NCBI GenBank assembly: GCA_963734545.1
Contig: CAVTHO010000010.1
Location: 96,001 to 160,000 of the forward strand
Direction: 5' to 3'
DNA length: 64,000 nucleotides
Source of the DNA: an uncultured Spirochaetota bacterium
Lineage (GTDB): Bacteria; Spirochaetota; Spirochaetia; SZUA-6; Fen-1364
The position numbers and the translations under genes were made by a program. The notes under the pieces are model-generated. The model searched no databases and was not told where the DNA came from. It worked only from the letters and a program-made list of their open reading frames with translations. This document shows, in pieces, positions 24,001-26,591 of the stretch (position 1 is the stretch's first letter; each line of letters starts with the position of its first letter).

Positions 24001-26575
24001 GGTTCTGGATGTTCACGAGGGCCGCTCCGGCAAAATCCCCGGCCTGCAGCAGCCCTTCGCTCACCAGGTCCCCCAGCGCCACCACGCCCGAGGAGAGAAG
24101 CTCGGTCAGCGACAGCTTGTCCAGGCCGATGCTCCCCAGGTTCAGCAGCCCCTGGTCGAAAAGGCTCCCGAGCGAGGTGACTCCGCTGCTCAGGAGATTC
24201 TGCAGGTCCACCAGATCCGTGGTTTCTATCATGCTTGTCAGGTCGATGCCGTAGTCGGCGAGCCTGGCCGCCAGGGCGTTGATGTCGCTGACAAATCCCA
24301 GCTTCGCGATAACACTGTCATAGGTAACGAACCCGGCATCCACCAGGTCCCCGAGGGTGACGAGCCCGGAATCTATGAGCTCATCCATGTCCACCGTGCT
24401 GCCGTAGGAGGCCAGGCTCCGTGTGCCGATGATCCCCGCGTCCGCCAGCGCGTTCAGGTTCAGGCCGCCCCAGTTCGCGACGGATTCAGGAGAGAGCAAC
24501 CCCAGCTCGGCAAGCCGGGAGAGGGTGACGAATCCATGGTCAAGGAGGTCATCCATGTCCACCAGGTCGCTGACCTGGACGAGGCCTTCCTCGACCAGGA
24601 GGTCCACGTTGACCCAGCCCAGGGCGTCCAGATCGCGAAGCCCCAGCTGGTCCAGCTCAACGTCGAAAGCCAGGGGAAGAGTGAGCGCCTGGGCGGCAGG
24701 ATCGTATGTGGCGGCTTCCCCCGACTTGAGGAGACCGGACGCATCCACGGCAGCCACGAAGTCCTGGAGTGTCTCGACGCCCTCGATATCGAGCTTCGAG
24801 AGCATCGCCGCTTCAAAAGCCGCGCCGAGATCAACCACCTCGGACAAGGAGCGGCCCAGGAACGGCACGGCGACGTCGAGCCCGGCGGAGCCGGCAGAGG
24901 CATCCAGCCAATCCAGGAAATCCGCGATGCCGCCAACTGCCGCGGAAAGGTCGAACCTGCCGAGGCTCGCAAGCTGGGCAAAGTCTCCGGAACCTGTGAT
25001 GGCGGGATCAGCCCCGCCGAAGAGCGTCCCGCTCACATGGATGGTCGGCCGCGCGCTCCCGCCGCCCGTGACGTCGGCCTGGTCCGCCAGTGCCGCGTAC
25101 ATCGGGAGGACAACGTCGAGGGTGTTGGCGGTGAGGCCAAAGGGATTCGACGTGACTGCGCTCGGCGTGAATACGAATTGATCTCCGCTCAGCGCAACAT
25201 CACCGCACACGTTCAGGGTCGCTGTTCCCAGGGTGCTGCCGACGCCTCGTCTCCCGACACTCGTCTCCAATGTTCCCACCCGGGCAGCGGAAAGCAGCTC
25301 CGTTGCACTCGCCCCGGAATCAATGTGCAGCCCGGTGAGGATGAACTGCGTCCCGCCGCCGGCCAGGTCCACCTGCAGCGTGAAGTCCACGTCACTGTCT
25401 CCGACAATCGGAACGGCGATTGTTCCTGTCAGGTCCAGCCCCAGTGCCTCGCCATAGCGGCTCAAGTCAAGGACAAGCTCTTCGTTCTTGATGCTCAAGT
25501 CCGTGCCGGTGAAGTGGATGCTGAGCCGGCCGTCGCTGACCCCTACAGTGATTGTCTTCGTGCTGTTGGAGAGGGTCGGGAGCCAGTTCGTTTCCAGATG
25601 GAGCTTCAAGCCGCTCAAGGTGGGCACGCCGCCCGTTGCGATGTAGTCACCGGCCGGAAGGAGACCGGCCGCGGCGCCCTCCCCGGCAGGATGCAGATAA
25701 GGTCTCAGGTAGGATTGAACGTAGTCACCGATGGACAACAGATTGTCCATCTGGGCCAGCTCGCTGAGGGAGAGACCGACCCCCGGGATCTCCCGCGTCA
25801 AAGCCTCGTCGCCGCGCGCATTTACCCCGAGGGCGGTCACGAATTGCCCCAGGGACTCGATGTACGTGGCCATCCTGGTCAGTCCTATCTCAGCCGGCCG
25901 GAACTTGACCACCAGGCTCTCGCCGACAGCCGGAATGACCTTGACGTCCGCGGAAGGCACGGCGCTGCGAACGGACAACGCAAGGGACTCGTCCTTGACC
26001 AGGACCTGGGCTACTGTTGCCCCGCCGGCTCCCCCGCTCAAGGCAGATATGAAGGACGCCTTGACGGCGGCATCGGTTACGCCAATCGTCTGGAATTCCA
26101 CGGTCAGTCCGGGCTGGGACTTGAACCCCGCAAGCTCGTCCCCCGCAGAATCGGTCTGCGCCAGGCTGCTGACTCTCAGTATCGTGGCATGGTACACCGT
26201 CGCTGCTGCTTCGAAGGCGCTGTTCAGCCAGTGCACACCGTATCCCGAAGCGCCGGCGCTCACGGTATGGCCCGACGGCGAGATGGCAACCCAACGGGGA
26301 GCGTTGACGTGGTTGAACCACTCCACGGTCAACAGGGCGTCCAGCGAAAGCCTGTACTGCGAATAGTCGGTGGGGTCAGCGGGGAAATCCAGCTGAATGC
26401 CGATGGCCCGCTGGAACGCGGCAAAAGAGGACGCTGTCAGGTCCTGGAAGATGCCGTCCACCTCGAGGAAGTTCCCCTGGTGGTCCCGGTACCCCAGGTA
26501 GTTGAGCCTTTGCTGGATCTTGGCGACCTGGAGCGGGGTCAACTGAGAGATCTGCTCCGGGCCGTCGATGGCCAT
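2..26575 (-). CDS. Giant secreted/surface repeat protein, main body (at least 8,858 codons, 3' end beyond the window start); RTX and haemagglutinin-like adhesin
   Basis: Manual translation of the minus frame from ATG 26575 (MAIDGPEQISQLTPLQVAKIQQRLNYLGY...) to the window edge (...HLHYKKLFDLRFLSGF...). The ORF track has no minus-strand ORF in this frame anywhere in 1-26.6 kb, as expected if no stop occurs. All long plus-strand shadow ORFs (170, 818, 2771, 6359, 9098, 15215, 17294, 18764, 20966, 22463, 24536) are in register with it. The nearest upstream in-frame stop is TAG at 26648-26650. Confidence 0.93.
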   Translation of the reverse strand, partial: MAIDGPEQISQLTPLQVAKIQQRLNYLGYRDHQGNFLEVDGIFQDLTASSFAAFQRAIGIQLDFPADPTDYSQYRLSLDALLTVEWFNHVNAPRWVAISPSGHTVSAGASGYGVHWLNSAFEAAATVYHATILRVSSLAQTDSAGDELAGFKSQPGLTVEFQTIGVTDAAVKASFISALSGGAGGATVAQVLVKDESLALSVRSAVPSADVKVIPAVGESLVVKFRPAEIGLTRMATYIESLGQFVTALGVNARGDEALTREIPGVGLSLSELAQMDNLLSIGDYVQSYLRPYLHPAGEGAAAGLLPAGDYIATGGVPTLSGLKLHLETNWLPTLSNSTKTITVGVSDGRLSIHFTGTDLSIKNEELVLDLSRYGEALGLDLTGTIAVPIVGDSDVDFTLQVDLAGGGTQFILTGLHIDSGASATELLSAARVGTLETSVGRRGVGSTLGTATLNVCGDVALSGDQFVFTPSAVTSNPFGLTANTLDVVLPMYAALADQADVTGGGSARPTIHVSGTLFGGADPAITGSGDFAQLASLGRFDLSAAVGGIADFLDWLDASAGSAGLDVAVPFLGRSLSEVVDLGAAFEAAMLSKLDIEGVETLQDFVAAVDASGLLKSGEAATYDPAAQALTLPLAFDVELDQLGLRDLDALGWVNVDLLVEEGLVQVSDLVDMDDLLDHGFVTLSRLAELGLLSPESVANWGGLNLNALADAGIIGTRSLASYGSTVDMDELIDSGLVTLGDLVDAGFVTYDSVIAKLGFVSDINALAARLADYGIDLTSMIETTDLVDLQNLLSSGVTSLGSLFDQGLLNLGSIGLDKLSLTELLSSGVVALGDLVSEGLLQAGDFAGAALVNIQNLISGAAVQLNDLVREGLIAASDFTPSTLLPVSGILSRGVATLTELVKKNLVQAADFADATLSTASLVAAGLATQFELDYKGLNNSGSVSLHALAASGVITLEELIGAGFVSAGNLTLSQLSLSSLLGSGLTNVAELVGESLLNVSALATESLDLGAVLGSGLAGIDDLVNAGLVGISALNIEDIDLSALVDSGLADLGDLARSNLILPAEVLLDKLRTSDIMAKASSLFTAITAHGGLIGPGSIIDLGALLEQSPITLSQLVYFQILTHDNLRPLGEADKAALLSSRVIDKSMTTRRSIPEIVSAGSLTMGDLVDQGLLERGRLADLPAADLRLFGFDRTITEQLDGLGFIRHGDRVTAALLLANTSVTMEDLVRVGLITVNDLNDDLPEVLLADLFVQGSLDRQALLESDLLELALLDGLVTQDSAGNDVVAVSDLLSGSLLTMEDLVSAGLVTADDVDLSAATITVDDLLAAAKVSIRELEQNNLVQEGEGGAPDYVRVSDLLALDMVSLHELARGPPSALPLLVPTLPLPDLLTSDIVARNALSTLGYGDSGPIDLETFLAENLVSIDALVEKGLVDPAQFYKQSAVSLWQLVHAGLVDAGDLAANGHVPLEKLLDSGVVGKKYIVEQDLVGTDGFVSLEDLLADSHVTLASLVDCGLLSRQDFVNKVFEQSDLEGSAHFTDGQFDGIVHLGTVPLSTLLSSILYDLTLAEYVGYEFVGLDDFVDVGLNAADIETAFAVDVPDTLGAAVPVRTLVALDLEGVTLLSLIRRDFVDAADLADPGMGLDIVKLEESVLFENGDLNNYISAHQVFLYDVLETIYLGDLIDWGFLNPGDLIIRHGAELPQLVDQGLVGKSRFNNKALSPAALTGSGLVTTAALNALGLIRPDGMVSLQALLGSGLVSLKGLVADGLVGFGDLSRSVTARSLDDVASSRMFDRAILQEAAVITGAGNDEVLLNGAGSLLSLGLAGFSDLVKAGVVDPSYLGASATVDKDALLDQELVSLRSLAAHGLLVSADLKTPSFSLNELGDRGLLNLNDLDSLASFVSLGLVGDAEVDSHALQYFGLNGAALDLSGDYGLDLVGLRTTALADLLVEVSGQLDYVVDFDGETGGPTEGELTYSVDAASLTRSVSFEVTDFEAAGRLGFVGVTLGYAPGSLVRVNVSQTLVPDQDGDLATAGDRQFLISSLSGLDVASILHGAVTGEAQATLLGIKVNTGIGGIPASDDGGVTLMVSDLARARTAPGYMTLDLTNLPAAFTFYQYLHIEDILSMILRARDYAFKAFDRLPFWVTDPNSPIYDAFKDLRIPLIDKSPREILAFIGMMNDAVNAVERELYNPENDIQKLIGLILNKLGLNFETAGAVFAVFMEGTVLRLRFKLEEDVEESTPFNFDLGLFKGLVGGSLPGLEGIDDLVALEGSGTVRVSAFARVRIEAGIDLGPRASGGSADKFLYDWNDAEQTGTRVDAGFKLLAENLDLSFSIFDSIGLSVTAGTMTMDADGDASTNPEATDPADRSDFVTIAFVLDPADPLSDGRFHFATENLLDNVQFAGVNGGLEVVLPLTLDVFGTVIPLSPDLSIRTNPLYQGSINTGLEEVFRHIVNLNPGPYDPVIITTPDIAGALGNLADSVIRGLLEDLAGLIRGLKQDLLGSGFFDLTIPGIDRDLNSFFGAGNGIEALLDIDTHVFAYLDTVSWIGPGSVATGDVTPADIWNGLASFLTAHWVPTLPGISTGVGGDFLTVTMAGSHLGISFNGAYSFADVVTLAIAENLGGVGLALDAEVDLAVSVSTALRFDFGVDLSTGEFAFNFDEFKFSGSFSAPDIEIGLGYEAIDLHTNHAGRVEIELGGSVTFDAGAFSFNHQEDKAHNAFQNRVLVFLPLYASVGGTGVALGSIGFGDTDLYDGELSPGFTADLREIGGILNDLAFAALDLLGDQILDLKDQFITRYDNRGNVVAEGNAFLNKTIPGTDSSLVGLLGLDNLLQLGQYIKHYLRPYLTTGTFERDLSIPLGQEEAGNPEKDFYSAGGPTIGGLFTYLEKYWLPSLAGGNGLLAWEPQRNASDAIVGVSVTFDAASTYQRTMGINLGEPAQTIGLVLDGDAQVNLVLAMDLSLSFSFNWETDEASFSINHLTFQGHASVDDLVLGAAIGPLDISIGKADGEKGNLSLDLGATVSYHESAGIDFAPTMNSAGTRNNYIEVDLPVFANLGGVSFGDPRAPPRVGLSGTLFPEAGGPSLALTHENLESLLDFSDFNLGSLIAMIQNTLDWLESVSGSDFMSTEIPIVNKTLGDIFDFATTFNEQVFSRIDLARINTVQGFVEEFTRAGILPAGLDAVYDPATRSLHLPVDFNFLLNSFNLRNLNNLGRADFAKLLELGAINPSQEFDKDVLLDGLLNLPLVKLRDLAQWDLITADSFAPATSLSISSLESLKLVSPGALTGSTISLSALLSSTAVKVRLTDLLDADLVSATSLKTGLKIPYDALIASRLMTGADLLKLHVSLYATKPDGSLALTTELQQADWVDMTALTGLKLYSLSDLIDMSFIGGSEFTNVSLAVADLVGKGLIGAGVIPESSINLVDLLASDTLGVTLADLIGAGLLGRSNLSDLDLVEAGKLSFDGFDLYELVDVGLLTQSDVASFEVDLFNIKGLPLNLGFDLGDVLELGTSAVADLKVTVEGGFEWIVDFDGLTGSEGLSVLINNAHVSGRASLDLENLAFFARLGFVSLTAGGPGTGSGVHLLARATLTLDADGNLATENDRTFSLLDLVSGDLIDALDFDFEGYAQAKLKGLAVEPEIPLLDTSALAGKEISLTIPDLTEWSNIETVLDTEYNQAQFDQWIAAKHVVLVLPDFGSSFGFKDLSFENIIEAIRSGVQFIEAALKETPFYEQEIPIINRRVSDAFNFVDNLLNKLETAAENPAAAIQEVEVIIEDALGIHDNNSLAPDQQVFSLSLADMTVLKLHIEWDKVLSDILSEDMMNVSFSFNLGDIIGMFTGSTGTGWGFIDELVSAGADISWDAFVEMVVDVGIDFGDIENGNVDFFLFDFEDQGNSSPADDTGTRVTIGLKVEGTNLELLFQPFGIGVRGGSAYLGRLTYGAGGAFYTEGAVVTAVDFATFTLSINQRSGPVADDGRFHFLDEGILDNLDYDLKGGFDILLPVEIPGLFDLDPVHVYTNAAPSPAGYGEQALLEVFRRLAGSPTGTVDAVIVVLPNLELPDFSLLSILNDPGYILDGVDFALGAVQDVLGSNLAVDLPIVGNKLAQAATFIRDLRLGFLAELRAKLERPGAAIQYIRDAIWDVFGPSGLDIVLDGNGDGRIDISDIMVGWYDENGNLLKAWVLGDEVPQESDGYDSDADAIQFEVSLGGIVFGTGVDIPLDIDLPGFGLQVDGGFAVQMSWTFDFGMGLSLADGFYLVTNDTHNPGDPEIEVEIGAFLDGKPLDNAVVTPFVAEGVLLFFKVTARDADRDPAKDGFQPSGLFGFLSIDVSGEPGTGRLTFNRLLSTPMDDLFNVNLGVDATLKLDLILEIEGAKGLPRLRADLVANWGWSLDDGAQEPEIGLNNLRLEVGSFISDILKPIVDKIADILEPVGIVVDILLTPVPGLDVLVDPPCLLGLINKIASLFGYPEMPPAFLYAVQNMIDLTLTVDKMLGTNGDILLGNILGLGTDHPSAVQAENSLVSDFKSFLDDIKNMSLGGETIQTGAGGGTISEQRSGFEIIDYLTDIGNWMKLLTGGDATLLTYEMPLLGYELSFLQQIASITAGPVVINVYGKGGFRITADLGFGYDTYGIRRAIQTGNAWEAFDGFFISDYSLSGDNKGKEKDELTFGIEIGVEASIWALVVEAGLGGDIGFEAGLDLQDINDDGKIRVSELITMWNYTGYDAPGGLLNLFNLHGRAYFEAYVFVDVGVSIPFVGKIMKRVVDWEIFDITLAEWEYKAPKVQPVLAHEEAGTLILHTGKRAGDREYLDTTDGGEKFTVTGDASAITVEYGEWSHRFPESGTGSFTKVIADGGAGDDVFNASGLVGVSVEFDGGEGSDKLTAGNAGGILIGGPGDDTLAGLGAGTTGDMTLDGGPGNDRLTGGAGNNTMSGGAGDDRLTSLGGDDILDGGSGVDSLSGGDGADTYVFATDFGEDTFRDAQGVTVLDFSAVTTGLTVQINKTGITVATAGVELKAGRSNVTRIVLGTGNDIVTIKEPPERVIEIEDAGGASTITFELGRQTSTKADGTIRLLDNDTAFDELILRNIPGIQPNDTLPDILEFNDHEIVSGREIIQFTDGLEQVTLPVEESEIDAAGVTTTHLRDLTIVSTNGPAGVVMGATDLVVTARNLTVEPRLDGDSFVFTAVEDVILNGTVHATGDFDITADSVGTSATVVNGVADAAGTIAHRIDAHDLDWIIRVSGLVVTVPINAINNGRLDIHTANNALPSDIDLRADITSGSGDNSDNLGGGTIKLVAEGSLYMRNNMRFLGAGTHLIIAADDILNYSTGSVNTIITTVAGITVFTRDEGAVAGSEIVIEETDSLVVYGVPVADVPALNPAGLSSAHGIITVTLNGVGARLTLHTGSIITRAPGMDITLTADDFDFLSAPYERDPDPARARGGVIGTGRLFLKAMQATDFILGTAAEHELGNDWTYIHDTYPGFTNFPAHVGGNFTGEGLEATYNNDGSLFANTVHLSTRDLSAIKEGFTLITIGEDYADPLALNPTERMTFGDAMNAAVVKYDGRPRVRDSSFRDDVILNARRIYIEGEVQACATPGQPPVTLEVNTDRLHIKSKNINNPLGGTDSGITGDLLVLDGVRNRMIVDGWLRTNGSIYVNIQGDGESYVSPMMSSVEDDTRRLNNVIQGVAGTIETLLDGGVIEIITKNSVVLEGHTIVRGENARITILPGTFFELVQIAGVISSRDAESLIHIEAPEAVYINGEILAGVEWQGGVKALTGPGADVVIRTPHELRIYGAITSSDVMDLRGAVDQDWNDRDPVSASIHLTGQLMSLADNSLLRLEGPDDIIIEGSIFVRGKGAGLLIDSGQRVKFATSFVEVEDGINVYGRGETRDLDLDLVSSVLVEATAVITSFQNGSDVHIWGAKDVDIFGTVVAGGSIGPCGVIWSGTDSDIVVAAGEQVYLDSGLLASDSVTVTGGAAGPDDVSLGSEGGRVSVIINTAGGITSAGRTSDGSHGLVSLYGESGVEMMGHIYSGASKSLLLDAEGNLIKESVDFDTSVGGDVRIESPGQVFIGGWTRNMRSQVQLAEDVTLFFQDGEGTLLGSITLTKAQTKNNASLAQLRDQLSAALSGMAGGVIDIQIRNSRLVFVAENPFAITADSVHQDLLGLAGGELEANETLPGSSRYEIQALYSLFGDILVTGGYITAKDNIELRNVDTAAHPFIAGEIGVRIQGASEITTRRDYSLISIVAVNDAEIEGHLIAGGEVRNIRDSETGGYIGSELLDFGTAASHTAIRIAAGHQVRIGTVVRAGGLIELTGGDDPAEGDPADPFNFTNVSVLIYGSALVETWGENGRVVLSGPDPIKVLTPTHFYEIEPDTWVKGPLARIVGESDFLLGGVLPVPVTLDLWKRVDGVETTATVLIPGMDVRTEYPVAPDVGIIVHINGLLDASASFGDLDVSWLGRSILIDAPYDFAILPSSRNLDLLGLAPVLSSVIYYLPAEIEADEPLPTGGRLAADVTLDIRMEDAGGTVVDAPSVLITAASTLDNAGLDDLVDDVNAALDAGPFAPINAVLRAGKLVFTSLGYQFEIEKTSQNVNLLGMRYEWETAETRYEAILEAESAAPVTGQLVRDVTLVIRIEATDLEDVLLGAVVVPAAATTDNTTLPELASDVNDALASTLIPRYETEGLHFSHYVSAGIRDGKIVLTGDSAFKIKRASRNVALMGFTPGEDLEAVELFHDARVVADTELDSGVLATGILGGDVTLALAINRLGESSSGSFIIASDGARTGAADLLLDVNADLLLAGFGDIRATLEGNRIVFSSLYDFTIENTSVSAGLLGFTTVSGGAALDSARAPSVHELVGARPVPTTGILAQDVTLSITTVDSADVMISSLVAISRRDTDGTNGTANTGLDDLAADITRALQAAGLDITARYVSGTLVLASATLDIAINPLSENADLLGLSLAAAGGVSQSVRDPSIFDVVPHDPLSTTGVLPDNVELSIVMSNVDPNDDPKTLDPDLPAADPVTGERQGVATGRVVLSRDETRDNAGLDDLVADLNLAFIRGGFKEISALNEAGTLVISSARAFALVGDSVNGHLLGLTELAGVTEELAVRPPPTQRIIPLNSMVNGRLSADLTMELTFDDGMGGTFGGDVIVLQGATDGTQSGTTANAGIADLVRDLNDALAATPVPGLSGEYFGDYITAQDRRGVVVLVGSRVFHLTVELVDHLDQLGFTAGIKTSGLETPGFEITGTTDLPASGILTADVTLALAVDDGAGGWFTATVIVRQADTATNAGRADLLLDIETAFVAAPVFHDGVPTGSYAGQLIVVGNSGDRLLLTGNRAFSVIGDDSLEAGQLGMAAAPGTDVSAVLSVPLQVVAAEAVLPPSRGLAGDVVLDLRVLGTIPSEYTVTVPAAAAADNSTLADLVADVNDVMPAEIRAVEMGGSIAFVSGEVFKIEYSSVHEDLLGLTSMPNDTILANRSSNTGVLPEDVTLVIFISLGERKIVGQVTIPAAATTDNYSNGRIMDLLMDIQNALNSADYYALDGTALEPGYFADDPVTTGGAADPLIRVKLKNGKILLTSQYLFKVLPSAANPSGGAGFQSHHAELLGLDAVAGGAVAVPSRPFNIIAAAAGSEVQFGTPENPVGTLYIAGSVLSNHQISMVKGPATFLDLDWSSLLQTVDGPIVLDFGDTGELKGDLTAGGAEGDVILTANDTLTISGRIKADRNVHIEAGLAAGSGASGNSVVLNPTGYLKTTGPASSSQAIEIVGYNHVIVDGPIGSLQNDEPRMNGDVRITSLHADIAVTEESGWIETNGRIVLTAENLDISGVLKNAGVTAPEPAGDPTADNFEVVLAARDSVSISATGDLDALGSLLITAPTGVLIQGNIEAGGVETFEFLTENRTFLSAAGENVRILSDAITVAGATGTADESHPALPPGATYPLGASIVASSGVALIAGNGGILVARAGEVRTRLGGGVIRLEADYVDVLGGLIAGAERGRTYLGEEPALSWTAGSAGITIVASDLVTFGGVVTSTDLDVVNGDAAAAGEALAWGGSAQATGLVSITVTGGTAPFFSLNEKSFIRTEVLAGGSPSGVTLAVGDGAVIKGIIQSLDPGSDVTIGSGHGLLEISGFVEAGHNLHLTGADAGSVSPVSVLLTKLLNVTETLRVQTTAGSWGDFTVDANGQLINDSGFLIATDAEGRVVVDADGLPVLVEGTGGNPVLGATPVYITHDSAHALQFVDKLGHRMEKKASGRFYRVDAAGQLLDEAGFVIGEDGLRLDQGGNRINQYGSLINEDGSLKDGIAQPGLAPKATTGFVVAGLPERKSGGLLNTGQGGTITIDGAGDLELLGMVGRVHLDETTSLPAVDVQDVILESDAEIYFRGDALANAHHAVAVTGTNVWALDESVVIARGSGSSVSLTASGAEEGEGSIYIARSLIYYFRALIAAGADVTLTGRNIGVYGTISVGEAGGAVTLHAGSDVLVQGEILSAGDVTVQAGESEADGSIVVSQEGKIAAGYGPGTLSGNITLQAPGVVSLLAYDDTMNADLSFAPPYVTYELVYKDVVTGYRMVEAGYILRPVVHWVPTLTTEQTGFDDVKVGSEFASIETRLVQDGYWSDWAGVAESNRFREYFIEGIDFHVADLDWPGKYHPDTDSVYMRDPVSGVRLLVEDEALLYAIAEVINYSGLILDLGRPLAEGAALDAVVLDAQAGTTGGVMNPPLYVPASLMGGGAMSAALTVEGAAAVQDVQLYTAHTYTELHTGLVDRVISGTDDGETQYKGWGDLTDTERLNAIMDHLHYKKLFDLRFLSGFRMTVTLPAAVPMATAASTYSRFDGLTLEQARVLGATEMVSGIL
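3735..8310 (-). repeat. About 11 protein-level repeats of ~100-130 aa in the giant ORF (flagellin hook-IN-like); approximate bounds
   Basis: Recurring pattern GxLxxDVTL...DNxxLxDLxxDxNxAL...GxxVxxS...SxNxxLLG(L/F/M), e.g. GRLAADVTL/DNAGLDDLVDDVNAAL/SQNVNLLGM and GLAGDVVL/DNSTLADLVADVNDVM/SVHEDLLGL. Confidence 0.8.
11670..12010 (-). repeat. RTX Ca-binding nonapeptide repeats (about 8-9) in the giant ORF
   Basis: GGAGDD, GGEGSD, GGPGDD, GGPGND, GGAGNN, GGAGDD, GGSGVD, GGDGAD read in the minus frame. Confidence 0.9.
16100..16950 (-). repeat. Short Leu-rich micro-repeat array B (LxxLxxxGL[V/I/L]); approximate bounds
   Basis: e.g. VADLVGKGLI, TLADLIGAGLL, LYELVDVGLL. Confidence 0.7.
20800..24650 (-). 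repeat. Long Leu-rich micro-repeat array A (dozens of ~11-aa LxxLxxxGL[V/I/L] units); approximate bounds
   Basis: e.g. DMDELIDSGLVTLGDLVDAGFV, SLGSLFDQGLL, ALGDLVSEGLL, TMEDLVRVGLI, SLWQLVHAGLV. Confidence 0.8.
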
Positions 26576-26591
26576 GGCCCCGGTTCTGGAA

